Origin: Synechococcus sp.
Lineage (GTDB): Bacteria > Cyanobacteriota > Cyanobacteriia > PCC-6307 > Cyanobiaceae
Assembly: GCA_047284725.1 (NCBI GenBank)
Contig: JBJBEO010000001.1
Coordinates: 952,203-1,016,202 of the forward strand
Length of the DNA stretch: 64,000 bases
Direction of reading: 5' to 3'
The position numbers and the translations under genes are program-made. Positions within the stretch are counted from its first letter, which is position 1. Every line of letters starts with the position of its first letter. Below the pieces are notes generated by a model. It did not search any database, was not told the DNA's origin, and was given only the letters and a program-made list of their open reading frames with translations. Positions 9,913 to 18,888 of the stretch are shown piece by piece.

Positions 9913-10849
9913 GCATGTTGGCGACCGACAGCACTTTGAGCTGAGCGAACGTGCGATCTGGAGGAATGGGAATGCTGTTGGTCACCACCACCTGCTCAAA
10001 CAACCCTTCGGTGGACAGTCGTTCACAGGCAGGCGGTGAGAACACCGCATGGGTGGCGCAAGCCAAGACCCGATTGGCTCCCTGCTGGCGCAGCAGCCTG
10101 GCGCCGGAGCAGATGGTGCCGCCGGTGTCGATCATGTCATCGATGAGAATCGCTGTTTTGCTCTCAACATCGCCGATCACGGTGAGGCTTTCCGCTTTGT
10201 TGTGGCCGGTGCGGCGTTTATCAATGATGGCGAGGGGGGCGTCGTTCATCTGTTTTGCAAAGGCCCGAGCCCTCGCTACACCCCCCACATCGGGCGAGAC
10301 CACGACGATTTGTCCCAGCTCCTGGGCGGAGAGATAGTCCACCAACACTGGCGATCCGTAAATGTGGTCACAGGGAATATCGAAATAACCCTGAATCTGC
10401 GCTGAGTGAAGGTCCATCGCCAGCACACGATCGACGCCTGACTGGGCCAGAAGATTGGCCGTGAGTTTGGCTGTGATCGATTCGCGTCCTGCCGTTTTTC
10501 GGTCAGCTCGTGCATAGCCGTAATACGGCACCACAGCGGTGATCTGACGTGCTGAGGCCCGTCGACAGGCGTCCACCATGATCAGCAGCTCCATCAGGTG
10601 ATCATTCACCGGAGCACAAGTGGGCTGGATCAGGAAGACATCGCATCCCCTGATGGATTCCTGGATCTGCACATAGAGCTCGCCGTCGGCGAAGCGTTTG
10701 CACACTCTTGGCCCGTCGGGCACACCCAGATAGGCAGAAATCTCCTGCGCGAGCGCAGGATTCGACGTTCCACTGAAAAGCCGCAGCCTGCGATTGTCCG
10801 AGTGGATCTTCTCCTGCTCAGTACGGGCTGCAGCAAGGAAACTGGTCAC
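9854..10849 (-). CDS. prs: Ribose-phosphate pyrophosphokinase
   Basis: RFADGE, YYGYARADRK, DLHSAQIQG, VSPDVGG, DDMIDTGGT; GTG start at 10849 gives 331 aa. Confidence 0.97.
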   Translation of the reverse strand: MTSFLAAARTEQEKIHSDNRRLRLFSGTSNPALAQEISAYLGVPDGPRVCKRFADGELYVQIQESIRGCDVFLIQPTCAPVNDHLMELLIMVDACRRASARQITAVVPYYGYARADRKTAGRESITAKLTANLLAQSGVDRVLAMDLHSAQIQGYFDIPCDHIYGSPVLVDYLSAQELGQIVVVSPDVGGVARARAFAKQMNDAPLAIIDKRRTGHNKAESLTVIGDVESKTAILIDDMIDTGGTICSGARLLRQQGANRVLACATHAVFSPPACERLSTEGLFEQVVVTNSIPIPPDRTFAQLKVLSVANMLGEAIWRIHEESSVSSMFR

Positions 10850-10945
10850 GACGCCCGTCAAGGAGAACAGCTGTGTCCCGATCGTAGTGCCGGGCCGGAC
10901 ACCCACCCACGCGGACTGGTAGCCCAAGCTCGTTAAGGTCGTTGA

Positions 10946-11452
10946 ATGCTCAATCGATCTGTGATGGTGATCGGTGCAGGGCCTCTGCCCGAGTTGCTGA
11001 TGGCCAGGGGCTGCACCACCCTGGCTCAGGCGGTTGGTCTGCCTTTGTGCACTGTGAACGTGGGGCAAGCGCCTGATCCTTGGTTCAGCAGGCAGGTGGC
11101 TGCATCCCCAGCACTGATGCGACTCTGCGGCGATGCCGCGCGGATCAGTCGTGATGGAAGCAGTTGGCTCGATGCCCTTGGTGCCTGGCAGATCCCCACC
11201 GTGGTTCTGGCGGTGACAGAGTCTGACGGTGCTGTTCCAGGCATCGTTCCAGCCACCATCGCGTTGTGCAAAGCTCGTCGTGTACCCCTGAAAGCTCTGC
11301 TTCAGTTGGGTGACAGCTGGAACAGATGTGAGCGGCTCAGGGACGGCTTGCCTTGGCAAGGATGGCTCTCTGCTCGGAACGAAGATGGCCTGGACGGTGT
11401 CGTGGCCTTGCTGCGGGGGCAGCTGGCAGTGCCGTCAACGCCTCAATTCTGA
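10946..11452 (+). CDS. Conserved hypothetical protein, distantly BioD-like C-terminal half
   Basis: Fills the gap between prs and the LCP gene; SWLDALGAWQIPTVVL...ALCKARRVPLKALL. Confidence 0.6.
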   Translation: MLNRSVMVIGAGPLPELLMARGCTTLAQAVGLPLCTVNVGQAPDPWFSRQVAASPALMRLCGDAARISRDGSSWLDALGAWQIPTVVLAVTESDGAVPGIVPATIALCKARRVPLKALLQLGDSWNRCERLRDGLPWQGWLSARNEDGLDGVVALLRGQLAVPSTPQF

Positions 11453-12420
11453 ATCGGCCACAGTGGTTGTTTGGCATTGGCCTTGATCTGCCGCAGCGGC
11501 TGTTCACCCGCCCGTGGCGCCAGGGGAAGGGTGGTAAACACCGGAGGTTTCTGGCTGGTGAGTGCTGCAGCCGTCAGGCTCAACCACTCCTTGGTGCTGA
11601 GATCAGTTTCCACCTGGGAACTCAGCTCACTGACGAGTCCTGGAAGCACAAGGATGGAGTCAGGCTGTTCCAGTTGTTCTTGGATGGCCCGCATCAGTAA
11701 TTGTTGACGCAGTCGGCGTTCCTGTTCCTTGAGGGGATCTGGACGGAAGCGGGCGAGCTGCTCAGCTTGCGCTCCATTCAAGGTCTGGCGGCCTGCCTGG
11801 AGGTTGACGCTGAAGTCCTGACTGCGGTCCTTGTGACGCAGGGTCTGACTGAGGCGTACATCCACATCGCCGAGCCCATCCACCAACGCGCGTAGGGCAC
11901 GGCGTGGCATCACCACGTAGCGACTCGGTTCTCCATCGGGGAGTCCCACCACTTTCGACACCACATCAGAGGTCAGGGCGACGCCTCCCCGCCTGTAGCT
12001 GCTGGCCATGGGTTGCATGGTGTCGCTGCCCGGCAAATTCACACCCAGCTCAGTCGGCAACTGGAGGATTCGCAGGGGTTCGTCCGTTTGCACCCTGATC
12101 AGCATCAGGCTGTCGGCGTTGGCAGGCCCCGTGGGGGCAGCCCGATTGACGGGGTCATTGATGCCATTGGCATCAATCCCCACCACCAACACCGTGATCG
12201 GTCGGCTGGGCAGCGGGGCCAGGCTGCTGGGAGCATCTGCCGAGGGGAGGACAGGAGCGATCCGATCGGCCTCTGGCCACAGCGTTGATAGAACGCTGCC
12301 CATAATCCAGATGCTGCCGACGGCGGCGCTAATGCGCAGCAGAGTCCTGCCGGGATGGTTGCCCAGCCGGCGGCTCTGATGTCCTGGTTGCGCGTTGCGC
12401 TTTTGTCCCCGGGCCGACAT
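11443..12420 (-). CDS. LCP (LytR-CpsA-Psr) family protein, divergent
   Basis: N-terminal TM, VLVVGID, DSLMLI, LVDGLGDV, GRQTLNGAQAEQLARFR, RRLRQQLL. Confidence 0.8.
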   Translation of the reverse strand: MSARGQKRNAQPGHQSRRLGNHPGRTLLRISAAVGSIWIMGSVLSTLWPEADRIAPVLPSADAPSSLAPLPSRPITVLVVGIDANGINDPVNRAAPTGPANADSLMLIRVQTDEPLRILQLPTELGVNLPGSDTMQPMASSYRRGGVALTSDVVSKVVGLPDGEPSRYVVMPRRALRALVDGLGDVDVRLSQTLRHKDRSQDFSVNLQAGRQTLNGAQAEQLARFRPDPLKEQERRLRQQLLMRAIQEQLEQPDSILVLPGLVSELSSQVETDLSTKEWLSLTAAALTSQKPPVFTTLPLAPRAGEQPLRQIKANAKQPLWPIQN

Positions 12421-12502
12421 CCGCCGTGCTGATTTCAAATAGTGCCCAGTCTTGCTCAACTTCAGCTGTTTAGCGTTGGAACTCTCGAGCCACGGCCCAT
12501 CT

Positions 12503-13711
12503 GTGACGCAAGCCCCCAGTTCTCCTGCTCCCCACGAACGGGCCAGGCCCATTCCCAGGGATGTGGTGCGGCCTGCCAAAGATCTCTGCAGTGACTGCGG
12601 CTTATGTGACTCCCGCTGGGTGGCTTATGTGCGCCAGGCCTGTGCGTTTCTTCAGCAGGACTTTGGGGGGATGGAACAGCGCCATCACGGCCGCACCCGT
12701 GACCTCGACAACGACGATGAGCTCTACTTCGGTGTGCAGGAGCGCATGCTCACCGCACGCCTGCGGGAGCCGATCGATGGAGCGCAGTGGACCGGGATTG
12801 TCAGTCATCTGGGTGTGCAGGCGTTGAAACGTGGTCTGGTCGATGCCGTTCTTTGCGTGCAGCAGAGTCCCGATGATCGCTTTCAACCGATGCCGGTGTT
12901 GGCTCGCACACCGGATGAAGTGCTTGCGGCGCGGGTGAACAAGCCGACCCTCTCCAACAACCTCTCGGTGTTGGAGCAGTTACCCGGCAGTGGCATCCGC
13001 AGGCTGTTGGCCATTGGCGTGGGTTGCCAGATTCAGGCTCTGCGGGCGGTGCAGGACACTTTGCCGCTCGATGAACTGTTTGTGCTCGGACTTCCTTGCG
13101 TCGACAACGTGTCACGTGAGGGGTTGAACACCTTTCTCAACAGCGCCAGCGCGTCCCCCGACACCGTGGTGCACTACGAGTTCATGCAGGACTTCCGTAT
13201 TCACTTCCGTCACAGTGACGGCCATGAGGAAACCGTGCCGTTCTTTGGGTTGGACACCCCCAAACTCAAGGACGTGTTCTCCCCCAGCTGTCTCAGTTGT
13301 TTTGATTACACCAATGCTGGAGCGGATCTGGTGGTGGGCTACATGGGTGCCGAATTTGGACGTCAGTGGTTGGTGGTCCGCAACCAACGCGGTGCCGCGT
13401 TACTCGATCTGATCGAAGCCGATCTCGACACGGCCCCTGTCACCAGCAAAGGCGATCGACGTGCCGCCGTTCAGCAGGGCATCGATGCTTACGACAAGGC
13501 CCTGAAGTTACCGATGTGGGTGGCTGAAGCCGTGGGCTGGGTGGTGCAACGGGTTGGCCCCAAGGGGCTGGAATATGGCCGCTTCTCGATCGACTCCCAT
13601 TTCACGCGCAATGCCCTCTGGGTGCGCAGGAACCATCCCGAGCTTTACGAGCGGCATCTCCCCGCGTTTGCGCGCCGCATTGTTGAGCGCTACAAGCTCC
13701 CCGCGTCCTGA
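12503..13711 (+). CDS. bciB: F420 hydrogenase beta-subunit family protein; probable ferredoxin-dependent 8-vinyl (divinyl chlorophyllide) reductase
   Basis: CSDCGLC, GAQWTGIV, GVGCQ, GLPCVDN, SCLSCFDY Fe-S/FAD motifs as in Slr1923-type BciB. Confidence 0.8.
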   Translation: MTQAPSSPAPHERARPIPRDVVRPAKDLCSDCGLCDSRWVAYVRQACAFLQQDFGGMEQRHHGRTRDLDNDDELYFGVQERMLTARLREPIDGAQWTGIVSHLGVQALKRGLVDAVLCVQQSPDDRFQPMPVLARTPDEVLAARVNKPTLSNNLSVLEQLPGSGIRRLLAIGVGCQIQALRAVQDTLPLDELFVLGLPCVDNVSREGLNTFLNSASASPDTVVHYEFMQDFRIHFRHSDGHEETVPFFGLDTPKLKDVFSPSCLSCFDYTNAGADLVVGYMGAEFGRQWLVVRNQRGAALLDLIEADLDTAPVTSKGDRRAAVQQGIDAYDKALKLPMWVAEAVGWVVQRVGPKGLEYGRFSIDSHFTRNALWVRRNHPELYERHLPAFARRIVERYKLPAS

Positions 13712-13719
13712 CCGTGTCC

Positions 13720-15228
13720 ATGCAGTGTTCAGAGTCGCGCCGTCTCGGTGTCTTACTGCATCCCACAGCCCTGCCAGAGGCTCCTGTCTGTGGTGGTTTT
13801 GGTGCGGAGGCGCGCCACTGGCTCGAGGCCATGGCGCGCCATGGCATCCATGTCTGGCAAGTGCTGCCCCTCGCCCCAACCGATGCCACCGGATCGCCCT
13901 ACAGCTCGCCCTCCAGTTTTGCCATCAATCCCTGGTTGTTGAGTGCTCAGGATCTCGTGGATCAGGGCTATTTGGCTGCCTCATGTCTCCCGCAGCTGCC
14001 AGGGGCCACGGCTTTGACAGGCCCCCTTGATTGTCATCTGGCTGATCAACGGGCCGAGGCTGTGGCCCAGGCTCTTCAGAACGCCTGGTCCCGTCAGTCA
14101 ACCGAACGCCACGACGCCTTTTCCCGTTGGTGTGCCAAGCAGGCCTTCTGGTTGGAGGATCACGTCTGTTTTGTCGAATTGCGACGTCAGTTTGAGGGCC
14201 TGCCCTGGTGGGATTGGCCCCAGCCCCTCGCGCATCACCGTCGGAGTGCTCTCAAGGCCTGGAAGGCCAAGCATCAGCAGGCTCTGGAAGCCCACAGGTT
14301 GCTTCAATGGCACCTTGATCAGCAATGGCAAGCGGTGCGCAGCCTTGCCGATCAGCTGGGGGTGCAGATCTTTGGAGATCTGCCTTTTTATGTGGCTCGC
14401 GACAGTGCGGATGTGTGGAGTCATCGCAGGCTGTTTTCGATTCAGGCCGATGGAACTCTCACCACCCAAAGCGGAGTGCCTCCCGATTACTTTTCGGCCA
14501 CCGGTCAGCTGTGGGGCACTCCGGTGTATCGCTGGTGGCGCCATCGCTTTACAGACTTCCATTGGTGGCGGCGACGGTTGAAGCGGCAGTGGCAGTTGCT
14601 TGATCTTCTCCGACTTGATCATTTCCGCGCTCTTGCGGCCTATTGGGCCGTCCCCGGTGGAGACGACACCGCTGCGCATGGAACCTGGGAGGCTTCACCA
14701 GGACGCGCGTTGTTGAAGCGTCTCCAGGCCGATGCTGGAGGCCAATTGCCTCTGGTGGCTGAAGATCTTGGCGTGGTCACCGCTGATGTGGAAGCGCTGA
14801 GGGATGGCTTTGGCCTGCCCGGTATGAAGATCCTTCAGTTCGCGTTTGACGGCAACGTCGACAACCCTTACCTGCCGGCCAATATTCGTGGCGCGAACTG
14901 GGTCGTCTACACCGGAACCCATGACAATCCCACTACGGTGGGCTGGTGGCGTGACCTCGATGACGAGGCCCGTCATCGGGTGTCAGAGGCGGTGGGTGCG
15001 GCGGTGACCGCACCTGGTTGGCAGTTGCTGGAGCTGGGGTTGGCCAGTGCGGCGGGTCTGATGATGACTCCGTTACAGGACTTGCTCCATCTGGATGATG
15101 CAGCCCGTTTCAACACCCCTGGGACGGTGGGGCGGAACTGGAGCTGGCGTCTTCCTCAAATCGATCAGAGCGTTGAGGATGCTCTCAAAGGCTATGGCGA
15201 ACGGGGATCCCTCTGGGGCAGGCGATAA
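13720..15228 (+). CDS. malQ: 4-alpha-glucanotransferase (amylomaltase)
   Basis: GVLLHPTALP, GDLPFYV, GVPPDYFSATGQLWG, RLDHFR, AEDLG, YTGTHDN. Confidence 0.96.
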   Translation: MQCSESRRLGVLLHPTALPEAPVCGGFGAEARHWLEAMARHGIHVWQVLPLAPTDATGSPYSSPSSFAINPWLLSAQDLVDQGYLAASCLPQLPGATALTGPLDCHLADQRAEAVAQALQNAWSRQSTERHDAFSRWCAKQAFWLEDHVCFVELRRQFEGLPWWDWPQPLAHHRRSALKAWKAKHQQALEAHRLLQWHLDQQWQAVRSLADQLGVQIFGDLPFYVARDSADVWSHRRLFSIQADGTLTTQSGVPPDYFSATGQLWGTPVYRWWRHRFTDFHWWRRRLKRQWQLLDLLRLDHFRALAAYWAVPGGDDTAAHGTWEASPGRALLKRLQADAGGQLPLVAEDLGVVTADVEALRDGFGLPGMKILQFAFDGNVDNPYLPANIRGANWVVYTGTHDNPTTVGWWRDLDDEARHRVSEAVGAAVTAPGWQLLELGLASAAGLMMTPLQDLLHLDDAARFNTPGTVGRNWSWRLPQIDQSVEDALKGYGERGSLWGRR

Positions 15229-16097
15229 CGGCCCGGTTTGCCGTCGAGGGGTGTCTGGGGTTGGCCGTTCCACAGCAGTTGATCATCCGCCTGCAGAGGC
15301 GGTGTCAACGTTAGGTTGATGGGGGCCAGCAGTTGAAGGGTCAGCTTCCCCTGGCTCCCTTTCAAAGCCGTTCGATCGCCGCCTTCACTGGTGATGTCGA
15401 TCGCGCTCGGTCGACTGAGGGTGAGCTGGAGAACTCCCAGGTCCTGGCCATCACCCTGGCTGACTGCTTCCAGACGGGAGGCCGGAGGGATCCACTGCAC
15501 CAACGGCCGACGCTTGGAGTCCTCAAGAGGTCGCAGCCCAGGAATGACCTCGGCCGGCCCTCGCCGTTGGTTGTTGAGGTTCAGATCCTCGGCGGTGGGG
15601 GCAATCGGCTGCAGTTGCTGGCTGTTGCGTTGGGCCAGGTATCGCTGCTGTTGATTGAGGGCCATCAGGGTGCCCGCCATCACCAGGCCGTACACCACAC
15701 TGCCCTGCCAGGTGCTGAGGATGTCGATGCTGCCGACGGTGAAGCGTCGGTTGCCTGCTGCTTGGGTTGCGTTGCGGCCGGTTTTGGGAGTGGGAAGGGC
15801 TCCGATCAGGCTGGCTGGAGGCAGGTCGAGGTGCCGTTCGAGTCGCGTCAGCATCGTGCCCAGATAAGCCGATTCCGGTAAACGGTCACTCCAGCCTCTT
15901 TCCAGAGCTTCCAACACCGGTGTGGTGATACGGATTTCTCTGGAGAGATCGCGCATGCTCAGGCCCCGCTGCTCACGGCTTTGTCTGAGCAGTTGGCCCG
16001 CCTGCTGCAGAGGTGACTGGGCGTCTGCATGGTCAGGGGCCAGGACAGGCACGGCCGGGGACGATCTGCGCCAAGGCCAGAGCCTGGTGAATCTCAT
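15192..16097 (-). CDS. RodZ-like helix-turn-helix membrane protein
   Basis: GQLLRQSREQRGLS...LEALERG...LPESAY HTH_25-like domain plus TM segment; ATGA overlap with the upstream gene. Confidence 0.75.
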   Translation of the reverse strand: MRFTRLWPWRRSSPAVPVLAPDHADAQSPLQQAGQLLRQSREQRGLSMRDLSREIRITTPVLEALERGWSDRLPESAYLGTMLTRLERHLDLPPASLIGALPTPKTGRNATQAAGNRRFTVGSIDILSTWQGSVVYGLVMAGTLMALNQQQRYLAQRNSQQLQPIAPTAEDLNLNNQRRGPAEVIPGLRPLEDSKRRPLVQWIPPASRLEAVSQGDGQDLGVLQLTLSRPSAIDITSEGGDRTALKGSQGKLTLQLLAPINLTLTPPLQADDQLLWNGQPQTPLDGKPGRYRLPQRDPRSP

Positions 16098-16858
16098 CGC
16101 GGCGGACTGGTCAGGGCAAGCCATTCTCCCTTGTTCAGCGGGCGCCAGCGACCCTCTTGAAGAGAACCGAGAGAGATGCCCGCGATTGAAGTGCGCTGCA
16201 GGTCAACAACCGGATGGCCCAGTTGGTCGGCCACGCGACGGATCTGGCGGTTGCGTCCCTCCCGCAGTTTCACCTCCAGCAGGGTGTGCTCCCTCTCGGA
16301 TTCAAGGCGGCGCACCACCGCCGCTTGTGTCATCCGGCCTTCCAGGGGAAGCCCATGGCGCCAACGCTCGAGACTGGAGTGTGTTGGACGTCCCTTCACC
16401 CAAACCCTGTAGGTCTTCGTGTGGCCGTAGCGGGGATGGGTGAGCCGCAGGGTGAGATGCCCTTGGTTGGTGAGCAGCAGTGCACCGCGGCTGTCGGCAT
16501 CCAGGCGTCCGACCGGGTGCAGGCCGTGGCGAAGATCTGCGGGGAGAAGATCAAGCACGATGGGGCGTCCACCTGGGTCGTGACAGCTGCAGATGACCCC
16601 TTTGGGTTTATTGAGCAGGAGGAGCCGTGGTGGGTCTGCTGCACGGATCGGTTGGCCATCAATGCAGATGTGGTCTCGGTTGGGGTCGGCTTTATCGCCG
16701 AGCTGAGCCAGATGGTCGTTGACGCTGACGCGGCCCTGACGCAGAAGATCTTCTGCATGGCGTCTGGAGCAAATCCCTGCAGTGGCGATCACTTTCTGCA
16801 GGCGCTCGCTCCCCCTGGCGTCGGGGCTTCGTGAGGTTTCGGCGTTGTTGTGTGTCAC
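16094..16858 (-). CDS. rRNA pseudouridine synthase (RsuA/RluB family)
   Basis: S4 domain ERLQKVIA..GICSRR, LLNKPKG, VGRLD, EGRNRQIRR. Confidence 0.93.
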   Translation of the reverse strand: MTHNNAETSRSPDARGSERLQKVIATAGICSRRHAEDLLRQGRVSVNDHLAQLGDKADPNRDHICIDGQPIRAADPPRLLLLNKPKGVICSCHDPGGRPIVLDLLPADLRHGLHPVGRLDADSRGALLLTNQGHLTLRLTHPRYGHTKTYRVWVKGRPTHSSLERWRHGLPLEGRMTQAAVVRRLESEREHTLLEVKLREGRNRQIRRVADQLGHPVVDLQRTSIAGISLGSLQEGRWRPLNKGEWLALTSPPR

Positions 16859-16880
16859 GGCTGTGCCATTCGATGCCAAC

Positions 16881-18035
16881 TCACGTCTGCTCGTGATGGA
16901 CATTGCGCGGCAGCAGCAGTTCAATGCTGGCGCCACCATCGGGCTGGTTGCGGGCCTGGATCCGGCCTCCATGGTTCACCGCGATCTGTTGAACAATCGC
17001 CAGGCCAAGGCCACTGCCGCTGCGGGTCGTGCGGGCTCGAGACGGATCGCCGCGGTAGAAGCGCTGAAACATCCTCTCCAGGTCGGGTTCGCTCAATCCC
17101 TGGCCATGGTCACGAACCGCCAGCAACCACCAGCCTCCACTCGGCTGGAGGTCGACTTCCACCGCGCTGCCATCGGGTGCGTAACGCAAGGCGTTGTCGA
17201 GCAGATTGAGAATGGCCCGATGCAGCCTAGGTTGGTCTCCTCGCATCCATGCTTCAGGCTCTCCAGTCATCATCAGATGGATGCACCGTTGTTCGGCGAG
17301 TGGACGGATGCTGCTCCAGGCGTTCTGGACCACGTCATTGAGGATCAGGCCTTCGTAATGGCTCTGGTTCATCGGCAGACTGTTCTCCAGCCGTGAAAGT
17401 TCGAGCAGGTCATCAACGAGCACTTTGAGGCGACTGAGTTCTTTTTGAAGCCGTTGCACCAGCACCGTGTCGTCGCCTTGAACGGCGGCTTCGAGTCGAT
17501 CACTCACCAGCATCAGAGCCGTGAGGGGGGTCTTGAGCTCGTGGGCAACATCGCTCACCCAGCGTTCCTGCTGTTGTTGCTGGGCATCCAGGGATTGGCG
17601 ACTCTGCAGCAGCAACAGCAGCCACTCATCGGAGCCGGGCAGCACCACCGCTTCGAGCGGATCGCCCCGCATGTCCCATTCGATGCGCTGAGGTCGTTGC
17701 TGCTGGCGAACACTGAGGATGACCTCATGGATTAGATCAACCCGCAAGACATCTTCGACCTGTTGTCCGCGCACCAGGGTGTGCTGGGGGATGCGCAGCA
17801 GGCGTTCCGCCTTTGCGTTGATGTACGCGATGCTGAGATCGGGTTTGAGGATCAACCAACCCTGGGTTGCGCTATCAATCCAGGCAAGCAATTGCGGAGT
17901 GTTGAGGGGGTTGGAATCACTGGCCCTGGATGTGGCGCGATGGCGCAGCCGGGCGCTGGGGTACCTGAACAGCCAGCTGCCCCAGCCGCCAAGGGCTAAC
18001 CCCAGCACGACACCCAGCACCCACTCGCCAGCCAT
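16881..18035 (-). CDS. phoR: Phosphate regulon sensor histidine kinase PhoR/SphS
   Basis: N-terminal hydrophobic segment, PAS-like region, DVAHELKTPLT, NLLDNALRY, FQRFYRGDPSRAR, GSGLGLAI. Confidence 0.88.
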   Translation of the reverse strand: MAGEWVLGVVLGLALGGWGSWLFRYPSARLRHRATSRASDSNPLNTPQLLAWIDSATQGWLILKPDLSIAYINAKAERLLRIPQHTLVRGQQVEDVLRVDLIHEVILSVRQQQRPQRIEWDMRGDPLEAVVLPGSDEWLLLLLQSRQSLDAQQQQQERWVSDVAHELKTPLTALMLVSDRLEAAVQGDDTVLVQRLQKELSRLKVLVDDLLELSRLENSLPMNQSHYEGLILNDVVQNAWSSIRPLAEQRCIHLMMTGEPEAWMRGDQPRLHRAILNLLDNALRYAPDGSAVEVDLQPSGGWWLLAVRDHGQGLSEPDLERMFQRFYRGDPSRARTTRSGSGLGLAIVQQIAVNHGGRIQARNQPDGGASIELLLPRNVHHEQT

Positions 18036-18040
18036 GGCGA

Positions 18041-18760
18041 TCAGCCGAAGCGGTACCCGAACCCCCGCACCGTGCGGATGTGTTTCGGGGAGGACGGTTC
18101 GTCTTCGATCTTTTCCCTTAACCAGCGGATATGCACATCGACGGTTTTGGTGTCACCGACGAAGTCGATGCCCCAGACCTTCTCGAGCAGTTGATCTCGG
18201 CTCCAAACCCGCTTTGGATTCCTGATGAACAGTTCGAGGATGCGGTATTCCTTCGGGGAGAGATTGAGATCGTTCTGGTCGCGGGTGACGCGGCATTGCT
18301 GAGCGAAGAGGCAGAGGTTGTCGTGGCGAACGATGTCACCAGCAGCAGGTTCGGATCGGACTGGAGACTGGCAGCGCCGCAGCAGAGCACGGCAGCGGGC
18401 AACCAGTTCCCGCATCCCGAAGGGCTTGACCAGATAGTCGTCAGCACCAACCTCAAGGCCGAGGACGCGATCGGTTTCGCTGTCTCTGGCGCTGATGATC
18501 AGGATTGGTGTGGTGTTGTCGAGCTTGCGCAGCTGGCGGCAGAGGTCAAGACCTCCCATGCCGGGAAGCATCAGGTCGAGCAGAACCAGGTCCACAGGTT
18601 CGGCCCCCTCTGCGGTGAGCATCGCCAGTGCTTCGGCGCCGTTCGCGCACGACCTCACAGCGAAGCCATCTTCCTTCAGCGCTTCGTCAACGGTGTCACG
18701 GATGGAGTCGTCATCCTCCACAACCAGCAGTTGTGCTGGGGACACAAGTGTTGCGGGCAT
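18041..18760 (-). CDS. phoB: Phosphate regulon response regulator PhoB/SphR
   Basis: VVEDD, LLDLMLP, SARDSETDRVLGLEVGADDY, RVWSRDQLLEKVWG.DFVGDTKTVDVHIRWLREKIE. Confidence 0.9.
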   Translation of the reverse strand: MPATLVSPAQLLVVEDDDSIRDTVDEALKEDGFAVRSCANGAEALAMLTAEGAEPVDLVLLDLMLPGMGGLDLCRQLRKLDNTTPILIISARDSETDRVLGLEVGADDYLVKPFGMRELVARCRALLRRCQSPVRSEPAAGDIVRHDNLCLFAQQCRVTRDQNDLNLSPKEYRILELFIRNPKRVWSRDQLLEKVWGIDFVGDTKTVDVHIRWLREKIEDEPSSPKHIRTVRGFGYRFG

Positions 18761-18888
18761 TGCGCCGTTCACTGATAAGTGACATTGGTCGTACCCATCC
18801 TGGCGAATCGCGCAGACCACCCCTTTTTCGTTATGGATAAGCAAAAATGGTGGTAGGTTTCGAAACCACTCGGTTTCGTAATTGATCG

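Noticed and set aside
10850..11359. Apparent 170-aa N-terminal extension of Prs
   Set aside because: Open-frame artefact overlapping the opposite-strand gene; GTG 10849 gives the normal length. The same applies to the PhoB and RecD extensions.
15192..15228. Convergent 3' overlaps (malQ/RodZ-like; also 61879-61904 and 11443-11452)
   Set aside because: Short tail-to-tail overlaps are ordinary in compact picocyanobacterial genomes.
18761..18888. Canonical tandem Pho boxes upstream of phoB
   Set aside because: No TTAACC-like direct repeats at 11-bp spacing were visible, so direct PhoB autoregulation is not supported from sequence.
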